Part shown: positions 20,828 to 39,656 of the stretch, piece by piece | How positions within the stretch are numbered: position 1 is the stretch's first letter | How the letters are laid out: each line of letters opens with the position of its first letter | Origin: the human T2T-CHM13v2.0 reference genome, Homo sapiens | Assembly (NCBI RefSeq): GCF_009914755.1 | Contig: NC_060943.1 | Direction: 5' to 3' (one strand) | Length of the DNA: 64,000 nt | Notes under the pieces: generated by a model | What the model was told of the DNA's origin: nothing | The model's database searches: none | Seen by the model: only the letters and a program-made list of their open reading frames with translations | Program-made: the position numbers and the translations under genes

Positions 20828-21354
20828 TGATCCACCTGCCTTGGCCTCCCAAAGTGCTGGGATTTCAGGCATGAGCCACCGCACCCGGCTCTTTCCTTTC
20901 TTTTCTGTTCTGCTTTCTTTTCTTTTCTTTCCCTCCTTCCTTCCTTCCTTCCTTTCTGATGGAGTCTCTCTCTGTCACTCAGACTGGACTACAGTGGTGT
21001 GATCTTGGCTCACTGCAACCTCCGCATCATGGGTTCGAGTGATTCTCCTGCCTTGGCCTCCAGAGTGGCTGGGTTTATAGGCATGTGCCACCATATCCGG
21101 CTAATTTTTGTATTTTTTAGTAGAGAAGGGGTTTTGCCATCTTGGCCAGGCTGGTCTGGAACTCCTGACCTCAAGTGACCTGCCTGCCTTGGCCTCCCAA
21201 AGTGCTGGATTACAGGCATGAGCCACTGCACCTGGCCTTATTTTTTATTTAATGATGGGGAGAGGCCAGACGTGGTGGCTCATGCCTGTAATCTCAGCAC
21301 CTTGGGATGCTGAGGCGGGTGGATCTCCAACATGGTGAAACCCCATCTCTACTA

Positions 21355-21570
<216 letters not shown>

Positions 21571-21880
21571 TCATTTGATGTTATTTTATCATCAGTGATA
21601 AGGGCTACACTGATTGCTGGGGTTACAGCACAGGACATAATGGACACAGTTAATACTTTTCTGAGTTCATGCCCTCTTGAGGGAGGGGGTGGTGTTTTTG
21701 TTCCTTGTGGCTTTTGTAACAAAGAACCACGGATCGGATGTCTTAGAACAAAGGACATTTATTCTCTCATAATCCTAGAGGCCAGAGGTCTGAACTCAAG
21801 GTGTCTGCAGAGCTGTGCTCCCTCTGGGGGCTCCAAAGGAGAATCTTTCTCTGCCTATTCCTGCTTCTGGGGGCTCCAGA

Positions 21881-22360
21881 TGATCCAGGACAGGCGAGCC
21901 CCTAGATTGGGGCTTAGCCCTGGAGGGTTCTTGGCTTCACCCAGGAAAGAATTCAAGGGCAAGCTGGTGGTGTTAGCAAGTTTTATTGAAGCAACCATGC
22001 AGAGCAGCAGCAGAGGTACTGTTCCTTGCAGAGCAGGGCTACCCCATTGGCAGTGAGCCCAGAGTAGCAGCTCAGAGGCAGTGCTGCAGGCATATTTATC
22101 CCGTTTTAATTATATGCAAATCAAGGGGTGGATTATGCAGAGATTTCTAGAAATAAAGTGGTAACTTCTGAGTTGTCAGGTCTTTGCCATGGAAGGGGGC
22201 ATCAGCTTCTGGGTGTTGCCATGGCAATGGTAAACTGACATAGCACTGGTGGCCATGTTTTATGGAGAGGCACTTTTGCCTCTTCCCTGTTTCAGCTAGT
22301 CCTCAATCTGGTCCAGTGTCTGAGCCCCACCTCCAGAGTCGAGTCCTGCCTCCTATTTCA
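21881..22360 (-). mobile_element. ERV1-class solo LTR (MER66-like), copy 1
   Basis: 480 bp with TG..CA termini; homologous to copies at 34393 and 35532; family name tentative. Confidence 0.65.
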
Positions 22361-22495
22361 CATGCATCCTTGGATTGTGACTCCATCTTTACATGGTTTT
22401 CTCCTATGTCTGTCTGTGTGTCTCTTACAAGGACACTTGTTATTGGATTTAGGGCCCACCTGGATGATCCCAGATGGCCTGGGTGGGTCTTAAAT

Positions 22496-22920
22496 ATCTC
22501 CTCATCTTGAAGTCCTTGAGATACCTCCTCATCTTGAAGTCCTTGAGTTATCTCCTCATCTTGAGGTCCTTGAGATATCTCCTCATCTCGAGGTCCTCAA
22601 GCTATCTCTTCATCTTGAGGTCCTTGAGATACCTCCTCATCTTAAGGTCCTTGAGTTATTTCCTCATCTCGAGGTCCTTGAGATAACTCCTCATTTTGAG
22701 GTCCTTGAGATACTTCCTCATCTTGAGGTCCTTGAGCTAGCTCCTCATCTCGAGGTCCTTGAGCTATCTCATCTCAAGGTCCTTGAGCTAGCTCCTTATC
22801 CTGGGGTCCTTGAGCTACCTCCTCGTCTCAAGGTCCTTGAGATATCTCCTCATTTTGAGGTCCTTGAGCTATGTCCTCATCTCAAGGTCCCTGAGACATC
22901 GCCCCATCTCAAGATCCTTA
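22496..22920. repeat. 27-bp minisatellite (~16 copies), consensus CTCATCTTGAGGTCCTTGAGATATCTC
   Basis: Direct periodicity; ORF track shows the 9-aa YLLILRSLR repeat. Confidence 0.93.
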
Positions 22921-24052
22921 CCTTACATCTTACAAAGTCGTTTTCTCCAAAAAATGTTCACAGGTCACCTTCACAGCTTCCAGGGATTTGACCTGGATAC
23001 ATCTTTAGAGGGGGCCAGACCCATTCCAGACAGTAAACAAATAGACAAAACGCTGGCACATTGTAATAAATGTCACAGATGAAACAAACCCAGGGATCAA
23101 GGGGAAGAAGAAGAGGAGGGCATGCTTTCTGGAGGGTGGTCAAGGAAAGCTGAGAGCTGCAGGAGGAGGAGCCAGCTCTGGGAAGCATGAGGCAGAGAGG
23201 GCAAAGACTGTGCAAATGCCCTAAGGTGAGAAGAATCAGAATGAAGGAGCTTCTGGAAGGAAGGGAGTGAGTGGAGGGAGAGTGGTAAAGAATGAGGTTT
23301 GGGAGGAAGGTACTTACCTAGAATGGCTATGGGGATGTGTGTGGAACTTAAGGGGGGGATGGGAAATCCTTGGAGCATTTAAGCAGATCAATTGTTTAAA
23401 GAGGTCCCTGACCAGGTGTGGTGGCTCATGCCTGCAATCCCAGTGTTTTGGGAGGTTGAGGCAGGAAGATCACTTGAGGCCAAGGGTTTGAAACCATCCT
23501 GGGCAACATAGTGAGATCCCACCTCTACAAAAAACAAAAAAAGAAGAGAGATCTGGAAAAAGAAGGTTGATGAAGGCATCCCCATGAGAAGTGATGGTGG
23601 CCTCGACTGGGAGTTGGGAGTCATGGATCCAGCTCACATTTTCATTGAGGAGGAAGGGTGGAGGTGGATGAAAAGAGGAGGCAGGTCTCATATTCCAGGA
23701 AGGCAAGAATTAAAAAAAAAAAGGAATGAAATGAAATGAAAAGAGGAGGCAGGGTGGTGTCTAGGTTTACAGCTTAGGGACTTGCGTGAATTAGGGTATC
23801 TTCTACTGTAGTAGGAAGACTAGGGGAGGAACAGGTCTTGGGGAGTTTGATCAAGCAAGGGAAGGAAGGCAGTACAGCATAATGGCTAGCACATGGTTCT
23901 TTTTTCTGTTTTGTTTTGTTTTGTTTGTTTTTGTAGAGACAGGGTCTCACTATGTTGCCCAGGCTGCTCTTGACATCCTGGGCTCAGGTGATCCTCCCAT
24001 CCCAGCCTCAGTGCTGGGATTACAGGGCATGAGCTACCATGCATGTCTGGTG

Positions 24053-24290
24053 CATGGTTCTTAACTAAGGGGTGGTGTGGGGCAGCAGTGGGGGCGAGGG
24101 GAGTGACTCTGTCCTCCCAGGGGACATTTGGCAATGCCTGGAGACAGTTTCAGTTATCACTACTGGAGGGCTTGGTGTGTTATTGATATCTATTGGATAG
24201 AGGCCAGAGATGCTTCTGAGTGTCTTCCAATGCCCAGGACAGGCCCCTCTCCCACCAAATGTCAACAGCGCTGAGACCGAGGGACTCAGT
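24053..24290. mobile_element. MER20-like DNA transposon
   Basis: CCCAGGGGACATTTGGCAATGCCTGGAGACAGTTT...AAATGTCAACAGCGCTGAG. Confidence 0.75.
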
Positions 24291-24392
24291 GCTAGGCACA
24301 TGGACTCCAGTTGTGTGGGGGGTCCAGGTTCCAGTCACAGCTGTGGGATCTTGGGCAAGTTATCAAATGCTTCAAGAAAGGACCATATATAT

Positions 24393-25130
<738 letters not shown>

Positions 25131-25269
25131 CAGAACCTCTCTGTGACTCAGTTTCCCTATCTTTCAAATGGAGATAAAACTAGTCCCTACCTTATAGGAT
25201 TGTTGTAAGAATTAAAAATGAGGTAATAATTGTAAAGTCGTAAAGTGCTTCAAGCAGTATCCATTAAAT

Positions 25270-25585
25270 GATTGATAAATAAATCATTGGTAAATGATTT
25301 ACCAGTGATACTGATAAATGACTTCTTTATCATTTATGAAAAATTGATAAATGATTTATTTACCAATAAACCAACGGTAAATGATTTATTTACCAATAAA
25401 CCAACGGTAAATGATTTATTTACCAATAAACCAACGGTAAATGATTTATTTACCAATAAATCAACGGTAAATGATTTATTTACCAAGGGTAAATGTCACT
25501 CATTGATAAATGACTTATTGGTAATAAATCAATTATTAGTTTATTGGTTTATTGGTAATAAATCATTTATCAATGAGTGAAATCA
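25270..25585. repeat. AT-rich palindromic 30-bp minisatellite (4.5 near-perfect copies) with degenerate and inverted flanks
   Basis: ATGATTTATTTACCAATAAACCAACGGTAA at 25351, 25381, 25411, 25441 (one mismatch) and partial at 25471. Confidence 0.93.
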
Positions 25586-26916
25586 TTTGGGACAAAGAAG
25601 AGAGAGGGAAAAGAGGTGGTCTGAGGGTTGGGCCTTAGGTTGTAACAGCATAGAAACATTGGGGAGAGGAGAATACAGTGACTGAAGAGGAAAACCAGGC
25701 CAGGCGTGGTGGCCCATGCCTGTAATTTCAGCATTCTGGGAGGCTGAGGCAGGAGGATTGCTTGAGCCCAGGAGTTTGAGGCTGCAGTGAGCTATGATTG
25801 CATCACTGCGCTCAGGCCTGGGCGACACAATGAGATTCTGTCTCAAAACAAAACAAAAAAACAAAGAGGATAACCAGATGGGTGTGGTGTCAAGAGACCA
25901 ATGCCGTTGAGAGGAGTAGATTCAGAAAGTGTCATGAATAGCAACAAAAGCAATAGGTCACTTTAATGAGCACCCACTATGTTCAGGTGTTGTTCTAGGT
26001 ACTTTATACTTATTAACACTTTTGAATTTTCACAACAAATCCATGGTGTTGGCACCATCATATATTTAGGTTATTAGTTATTGCTGTGAAACAAACCACT
26101 CCAAACTGAGTGATGTAAGAAAAACATGATTTTTGATTCTCACAGATTCTATGACTCAGGAATTCAGACAGGGCATAGTGATGATGGTGCCTCAGCTCCA
26201 TGGTGAGAAACTTTGACTTTCTGGGAACTAGAATGCTCTGGAGGATTCTTCGTCACATGATGGGTGTCTGGGCTGGGATGACTTGAGGCTATGCTCAGTT
26301 GGGGCTATTGACTGGAGCACTTACGTGTGGTATCTCCAAGTGGCTTGGGCTTCCCCACAACATGGCGACCGGGTTTCAAGAAACCCGGAGAGAGAGCAAG
26401 TATTCCTCAAAAAGATCAAGCCAGAAGCTGCAAGGCGTCTTCTAACCTACTTGGAAATCACGCAGTGTCACTTACAGCAGTTTTCGTAACAAGAAGCCAT
26501 ACCCTGGCTTCTCTCTTCCTACCCTAGGCACCAGCAGGGACCTCCAATTGGCTGAACCTATCTAGGAGCAGGGTGCAAAGGAGCCTGGGAAATGTAGTTG
26601 TCTTCCTGGCAGCGCAAAACAAAGGAAGGGGATGAGTCATTAACCAATCAGGTTAATGACCTACATGAACCTTGAGCAAATGACCCTCCTTCTCTGAACT
26701 CTGTGTATCGCTCGCGAAATAGGAGCCCTACTTCATTGCAGGATCGTTTTGAAGACCAGAGGAGACAGTTGTAATGCACACGAATTGCTTCACCCAGGGC
26801 GTAGTTCTTTTATTTATTTATTTATTTATTTATTGAATTAATTTTATTTATAACTCTAATGGGTAAGCAGCCTGGTTCTCAATTGATGGGAGCTGTCAAT
26901 ATTGCTATTGGTCTGA

Positions 26917-27303
<387 letters not shown>

Positions 27304-28825
27304 TGAGCCACCGCACCCGGCTAGTCCACTCTGAGATCAAGCCTAGATATCCTTTCTTGTGACCGTCTCTGCCATGAGCTACCAGGACATGACGAATCTG
27401 CCTTCCTTCTTGCTGCCTGTTAGAGATATACCCTGGTGATCTAATCACCTCTTAAAGGTCCCGCTTCTCAACACCATTGCATTGGGGATTATACGTTCCC
27501 AACATGTGCACATTCAAACCATAGCAGCGTTTAAGCACTCCAAGGATATGGGTCTACTGCCTTCAGCCTGACTTGCTATTGAGTGTGTACTCGAGAGAGA
27601 GGTGGGAGAAATACTTCAAAGGCTTCAAAATCATTTATTTGTCCTTCTTTATAGGGACTCCGGGAGATATGGCAGAATATGGGGTGCTTGGGTGACAGCC
27701 ACTTGCTCCATTTTGATTACATGGCCACGGTTTGGGCATATCGGCACCTGAGACCACCCTTGGTTCACTCCCTTCCTCCCTCCCTCCCCCTCGCTTACTC
27801 TGCTCCAGGCACACAGATCTCCTGGCTCCAACATGCCAGGGCCTCAGGGCCTTTGCACTGGCTGTTCCCTCTGCCTGAAATGCTTTTTTCTCAGAGCCTT
27901 TGCACTAACCTCAGGGCTTCTTGTACTAACCTCACTGGCTATTCCCTCTGCCTGAAATGCTTTTCCTCCAGACACCCACCTGGATTGTCCCCTCACCTCC
28001 TTCAAACCTTTACTGAAATGCCACTCTCTCAATGAGGCTTCCTGGACTTCCCTATTTAAAATTGCTCCCCCTCCTGACATTCTCCATTCCTTTTCCTACT
28101 TATTTTTTTCTCGCTTAACACTTACCACCTTCAGACAAGCTATGTAATATACTCCTACAATACCTTCATTGTCTTCCTTTGCCAGAATATCAGCCCCTTG
28201 AGGGCAGAGATGCTTATCTCTTTGGTTCATAGCTGTATCTCCAGCACCTAGACCAGTACTGGGTGTATAGTAGGTGCTCAATAAATATTTGCATATTTGG
28301 CCAGGCACGTTGGCTCACATCTGTAATTCCAGCACTTTGGGAGGCCGAGACGGGTGGATCACTTGAGGTCAGGAGACCAGCCCAGCCAACGTGACAAAAC
28401 CCTGTCTCCACTAAAAATACAAAAATTAGCCAGGCATGGTGGCAGGTGCCTATAATCCCAGCTGCTCAGGAGGCTGAGGCAGGAGAATCACTTGAACTCA
28501 AGAGGCGGAGATTGCTGTGAGCCGAGATTGCAGCACTGCACTCCAGACTGGGTGACAGAGTGAGACTCAGTATCAAAAAAAAAAAAAAAAAATTGCATAG
28601 TGAATGAAGGAGTGTCTGAATGATCAAAGCCCTCTCACCTGCTACTCCCTTTGCTTGGAGCCTTTTTACCCCCTTCACACTCTAAAGTAAGAATAGTTTG
28701 AATTACAAAGAATACAAATTTATCTCTCATTCACTATGTTTTATCAAGAGTAGGAGCAAAATGGCCGGGCACAGTGGCTCATGCCTGTAATCCCAGCATT
28801 TTGGGAGGCCAAGGCGGGCGGATCA

Positions 28826-29083
<258 letters not shown>

Positions 29084-29512
29084 CTAAAAAAAAAAAAAAA
29101 AAAAGAGTAGGAGCAAAAATATGACTAAGACTGTATTTTGCATTATTGACCAATGATGGTTTACATTATTTCCTTATTTTCCACCCCATCCTCCCCCACC
29201 CACTCCCTAAGCTGATAGTCATCCTATGCACCTAGTTTTAGGGGAAAGACACAGCAGGGCAGCCAGTATCCTGCTGACTTAAAAAAAAAAAAACCAGCTA
29301 TATTGACATACAGTAAATTACATATTTAAAATACATTGGTGGGGCGCGGTGGCTCACGCTGTAATCCCAGCACTTTGGGAGGCCGAGGTGGGCGAATCAC
29401 TTGAGGCCAGGAGTTCAAGACCAGCCTAGCCAACATGGTGAGACCCTGTCTGTACTAAAAATACAGAAATTAGCCAGGCATGGTGGCACGCACCTATAAT
29501 CCCAGCTACTCA

Positions 29513-30050
<538 letters not shown>

Positions 30051-30380
30051 CTATGTTGCCCAGACTGGCCTTGAACTCCTGGACTCAAGCGATCCTCCTA
30101 CCCTAGCCTCCTGAGTAGCTGGGATTACAGGTGTGTGCCACTGAACCTGGCCTGATTTGATAAATTTTGACATATGTGTGCAACTATGAACCCAGCCTTG
30201 AAATCAATGGATCATATCCATTGCCCCTCAAAGTTTCCTCCATCCCACCCCTCCCTGCCTCCCCCTCCTCCCACCTCTCATTCCCTCGTACCTCCTGATT
30301 TGCTGTTAGTCACTGTCGATTAGTTTGTATTTCCTGGAGTTTTATGTAAGTGGAATGGTACCATCTGTGGTCTTCTGTGA

Positions 30381-30746
<366 letters not shown>

Positions 30747-30809
30747 TAATCTGCCCACCTCGGCCTCCCAAAGTGCTGGGATTACAGGCGTGAGCCACCA
30801 TGCCCGGCC

Positions 30810-30987
30810 TATACTTTAAGTTCTGGGATACATGTGCAGAACGTGCAGGTTTGTTACATAGGTATACACGTGCCATGGTGGTTTGCTGCATCCATCAACC
30901 CATCATCTACATTAGGTATTTCTCCGAATGCTATCCCTCTCCTAACCCCCAGCCCCCGACAGGCCCCAGTGTGTGATGTTCCCCTTG
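30810..30987 (-). mobile_element. L1PA 3'-end fragment
   Basis: ATACTTTAAGTTCTGGGATACATGTGCAGAACGTGCAGGTTTGTTACATAGG. Confidence 0.85.
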
Positions 30988-31542
30988 GTTGAGGTTTGAA
31001 TTACTGACGGCACTTTTGGCTATCATGAATCAAGTTGCTAGCTGGATATGGTGGCACATGCCTGTAGTCCTAACTCTTTGGAAGGCTGAGGCAGGAGGAT
31101 TGCTTGAGCCCAGGAATTTGAGACTGCAGTGAGCTGTGATTGGGCCAGGCTGCACTCCAGCCTGGGTGACAGACTGAGACTGTCTCAAAAAAAAAAAAAA
31201 AAAAAAAAGGAAAGAAAAGAAAACAGAATCAAGCTGCTATGAACATTCTGTACAAGTCTTTGTATGGACATGTGCTTTCATTTCTCTTGAGTAAATGCCT
31301 GGTAATGGAATATATCGTATGATAGGTGCATGCTTAATGTTTTAAGAAAACTTACCAGGCCAGTCACGGCGGCTCATGCCTGTCATTCCAGCACTTTGGG
31401 GAACTGAGGCGGGAGGATTGCTGGAGCCTAGGAGTTTGAGACCAACCTGACCGACATAGTGAGGCTCTGTTTCTTAATTTTTTTTTTTAATAAGAAGAAA
31501 ATGTACCAACTTTTCTTCCTTTGTGCTGGAATTGCAAGGTAA

Positions 31543-31889
<347 letters not shown>

Positions 31890-31892
31890 TGA

Positions 31893-32198
<306 letters not shown>

Positions 32199-32699
32199 TG
32201 ACCTCAAGTGATCCGCCCGCCTCAGCCTCCCAAAGTGCTGGGATTACAGGCGTGAGCCACCGCACCCAGCCGCTCACCATCTCTTTGTCGCCTGCATGGC
32301 ACCATTCTCTCCTGTACCACCCCAAAGCCTTACCAGGTGCCTCCTGCATTTAACCAGGTCCCATAGCTCTCTGTGCTTCCCGGCACACCCTCTCACCACC
32401 CTCATCATCAATTATTCACCTTGCTGACTGCTTAGTGTTTGTCTCCTGGCTGGATTACATAAGCCCTGTAAGGGCAGAGCTCTGTTTGTCTTGATCACCA
32501 TTAGGTTCTGGTGCTTGGCATACAGTAGGCATTCCACACATGCTTGCTGAATTAATGCATGACCGGGTCTGGGGTGCTGGGTTTCACACCAGGCTCTACC
32601 GCAAACATTGGGTCAAGTATTTTCATTCCCGACGTACAGATGAGTCAATTGAATCAACGGAAAGCAAAATGATCCCATCCAAGCTCCCTCAACTTGCCG

Positions 32700-33400
32700 G
32701 GCTGGTCTGGGAGTCGAACCAGATCTGCCTGACCCTCCCACCGGTGCTGAAAAGTGGAGTGTGTGCTGGGGTGGTAGGGGATGGGGCAGAAGAGAGACGG
32801 GCTTCCTCACAGAAAGGTTTGAGGGCTAGGATGAGGCGTGCACACTCTGCACCCCTGCTTCGGAGCTTTGAAAGGGTGCACAGCACACCCGCCCTCTCTG
32901 GGAACCCTCGGGAGCTTGAGGTTGCCTGATGAAGGGGCTGATGGGTTGAACGCAAAGGGCCCCTCCACCCACCCTTTTTTCTATCTCCCCAACCAAGCCC
33001 TGGTAACAGGCATTTCCGGTTTCCGGCCGGCTCCCTGGTGCTGGGGTGGGGGTGGGGAGTTGATTGCTGCCGTCGTGCTTGGCTCTGGGTCCCCTTCTCC
33101 CAGACCCCAGAGGCCTCTGTCCCTGCACACTGCTTCCCCGAAGGAGCGTGGAAAGCCAGCCGACCTTTCTGGCTCTTTCTTCATCTTGGGCAGGGGTTTT
33201 GTTGATGGGAGGCTGGCTGGCAAATGGGGAAGAATGAACCTCAGGGTTCACCGCAGTGCGCCTGGGTGCTGATTTGCATATGGGCACGATGCCAGCACAG
33301 TGGGTGCCCGCCTCTTCCTGGAGGAAGGAAGAGGGGCACTGAGGGGGGTTGCCCCCAGCAGGGAGGAACCGTCCTCATATGGCTCTCCTACGTTTGTTTA
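32700..33400. promoter_or_regulatory. Candidate intronic enhancer (repeat-poor, CpG-retaining)
   Basis: Tandem ETS/GABP sites TTCCGGTTTCCGG 33014-33026; octamer ATTTGCAT 33272-33279. Confidence 0.45.
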
Positions 33401-33405
33401 AAGGA

Positions 33406-33704
33406 CCATCATTATCAGCAAACTATCGCAAGGACAAAAAACCAAACACCGCATGTTCTCACTTATAGGTGGGAATTGAACAATGAGAACACATGGGCAC
33501 AGGAAGGGGAACATCACACACAGGGGACTGTTGTGGGGTCGGGGAAGGGGGGAGGGATAACATTAGGAGATATACCTAATGCTAAATGAGGAGTTAATGG
33601 GTGCAGCACACCAACATGACACATGTATACATATGTAACAAACCTGCACGTTGTGCACATGTACCCTAAAATTTAAAGTATAATAATAATAAAATTAAAA
33701 AAAA
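33406..33704 (+). mobile_element. 5'-truncated young L1PA (3'UTR + tail) with TSD
   Basis: CGCATGTTCTCACTTATAGGTGGGAATTGAACAATGAGAAC...CACATGTACCCTAAA; TAAAGGACC at 33399-33407 and 33705-33713. Confidence 0.9.
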
Positions 33705-34254
33705 TAAAGGACCTCCTGTCCTTTGCCACTTTCTCACACTCTTCAGGCGACCAGGAAGTCCTTTCTGGTGGTCTAACTGCAGTCACTGCTGCTGTCTGAT
33801 GGAGCCCCTTTCTTTAGCTGGCCCCACCGCAGCCCGGAGAGGGGATGAATCATGCCCCCTTTCCCCTCTTTGAGGCATCACATGACTGGAAGGAAGCTGT
33901 CTCCGGGTTCAGCCGATCTCCCTGAGGTCAGGAGGGAACTTCCTCCCTTGAGCCACAGACACAGCCATCTGCTCTATTGTCTCTGGTGATCTGCCTGCCC
34001 ATGAGCGCCCTCATTATGCCACTCTCTAAGAGGCACCAGGAGCAGCTTAGTGTGGTTCAAAGAGGCAGTGTTGTACAGAGGTTAGAGGCACAGACTTTGG
34101 GATCCAGTGCTGGTATCTGGTTCTCCATTCCTATCTGTGTGGTCCGGGATGGGCAGTATCCCCTCTCTGAGCCTCAGTTGTTTCCTCTGTCAAAGGGAGA
34201 TTTATTCATTCGACAGATTTTATTGAGCATCTACTATGTGTCAGACATGGTACT

Positions 34255-35530
<1,276 letters not shown>

Positions 35531-35531
35531 G

Positions 35532-36486
<955 letters not shown>

Positions 36487-36925
36487 GGCCGGGCGCAGCG
36501 GTTCATGCCTGTAATCCCAGCACTTTGGGAGGCCGAGGCGGATGGATCACCTACAGTCAGGAGTTCGAGACCAGCCTGGCCAACATGGTGAAACCCCGTC
36601 TCTACTAAAAATACAAAAATTAGCTGGGTATGGTGGCACACACCTGTGATCCCAGCTACTCAGGAGGCTGAGGCAGGAGCATCGCTTGAACCCGGGAGGT
36701 GGAGGTTGCAGCGAGTTGAGATCATAATACTGCACTCTAGCCTGGGCCACAGAGCAAGACTCCATCTCAAACAAAACAAAACAAAACAAAAACAAAGAAA
36801 ATAGACCAGTTGTGGTGGCTCACATCTGTAATCCCAGGACCTTAGGAGGCTGAGGCAGGAGGATCACTTGAGCCCAGGGGTTCGAGACCAGCCTGGGCAA
36901 CATAGTGAGACCCTCATTTCTACAG

Positions 36926-36966
<41 letters not shown>

Positions 36967-37306
36967 CACACACACATGAGTTGGGGGGATGGTTTCAGGA
37001 TGAATCAACCACATTACATTTATTGTTCACTTTATTTCTATTATTATTACATTGTAATATATAATGAAATAATTATACAGCTCACACATATGTGTATATA
37101 TATATGCACACACACTATATGAATATTATATATAGTAATATTTATTCATTTATATGAATAAAAAAGAAACTAAAAGAGAGGAGGAAAGGAAGGAAGGAAG
37201 AAGGAAGGAAGGAAGATCAGCCTGGAGTCTCTGGACTGCCCTGATGGAAGTGTCTTGGATGCTAAAGGGGTTTATGGGCTGATTCCCTCAACTTCCTCCC
37301 GTCTAA

Positions 37307-37711
<405 letters not shown>

Positions 37712-38420
37712 TGAGCCACCATGCACGGCCAACAATTTTTTTTAATGAAAATAATTTTTTCTCAATGCCGTTTTGGAAGAGAAGCAAACTCGTATGTGGG
37801 TTTTAAGTATGGCTTCATTCAGTAGCTCCAACAATGTCATCAAGGACTGCATGTCTCTGTGATGGATTCCTTTTCTGGCTTTGTAAATCTAGGATCTCCC
37901 ACTCATGGCAGCAAAGTAGCTGCAGTTGCTCCAGACCGCCTAACCTCACTCTTGACCAACACAGCGGAGAGTAAATCACTGTCCCAGAAGCTGGAGCTTA
38001 AGATCCGGGATTTGCACTCTCTCATTGGTCTGAAGTGGGTCATGTGTTAATCTCTGAACCAATAGTCATAGGCAAGGGGATGGGCCATGCTAATTGACTG
38101 GAACTGGGGGTGGAGCCCCTCTCAGCCCATGTTGCTAGAAGAGAAAGAGGAAAGGGTATGGATGTGTGCATAATTAGTTAATGAATATATTCATTCTTTC
38201 CACCATCCCTCATTGATTTGTCTACTGCGTCCCAGCAGCAGGGAATGTGATGGTTGATAAGAACTTGTTTCTGCTCTCATGGTGATCCCAGTCTACTGGG
38301 ATTCCACGATCTGTTCAGACAGGTACAACCTGTTGTAATCAATGCTGTGTATTCATTAGGATAGAGGTTTGGCTACTGTAACAGTTAGGTAGAGATTAAT
38401 TTATCATCTAAACCTATAGA

Positions 38421-39116
<696 letters not shown>

Positions 39117-39369
39117 TCATGAGGTCAGGAGTTCGAGACTAGTCTGACCAAGATGGTGAAACCCCATCTCTACTAAAAATACAAAAATTAGCTGGGCTTG
39201 GTGGCACACACCTGTAATCCCAGCTACTCAGGAGGCTGAGCAGGAGAATCGCTTGAACCTGGGAGCCAGAGGTTGCAGTGAGTCGAGATTCTGCCACTGC
39301 ACTCCATCCTGGGTGACAGAGTGAGACTCTGTCTCAAAAAAAAAAAAAAAAAAAGAAAAGAAAAAGTTA

Positions 39370-39656
<287 letters not shown>

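Larger units (their letters stand above)
21690..23030 (-). mobile_element. MLT1-type MaLR LTR hosting a nested ERV LTR and a minisatellite
   Basis: ATTTATTCTCTCATAATCCTAGAGGCCAGAGGTCTGA... and CTTACAAGGACACTTGTTATTGGATTTAGGGCCCACC... Confidence 0.7.

Noticed and set aside
22474-23082. Leucine-rich-repeat-like ORFs (YLLILRSLR)n
   Set aside because: A by-product of the 27-bp minisatellite, broken by stops
25272-25580. ORF with (VNDLFTNKPT)n, and a CRISPR-like look
   Set aside because: Head-to-tail 30-bp repeat with no unique spacers and no cas genes; eukaryotic intron
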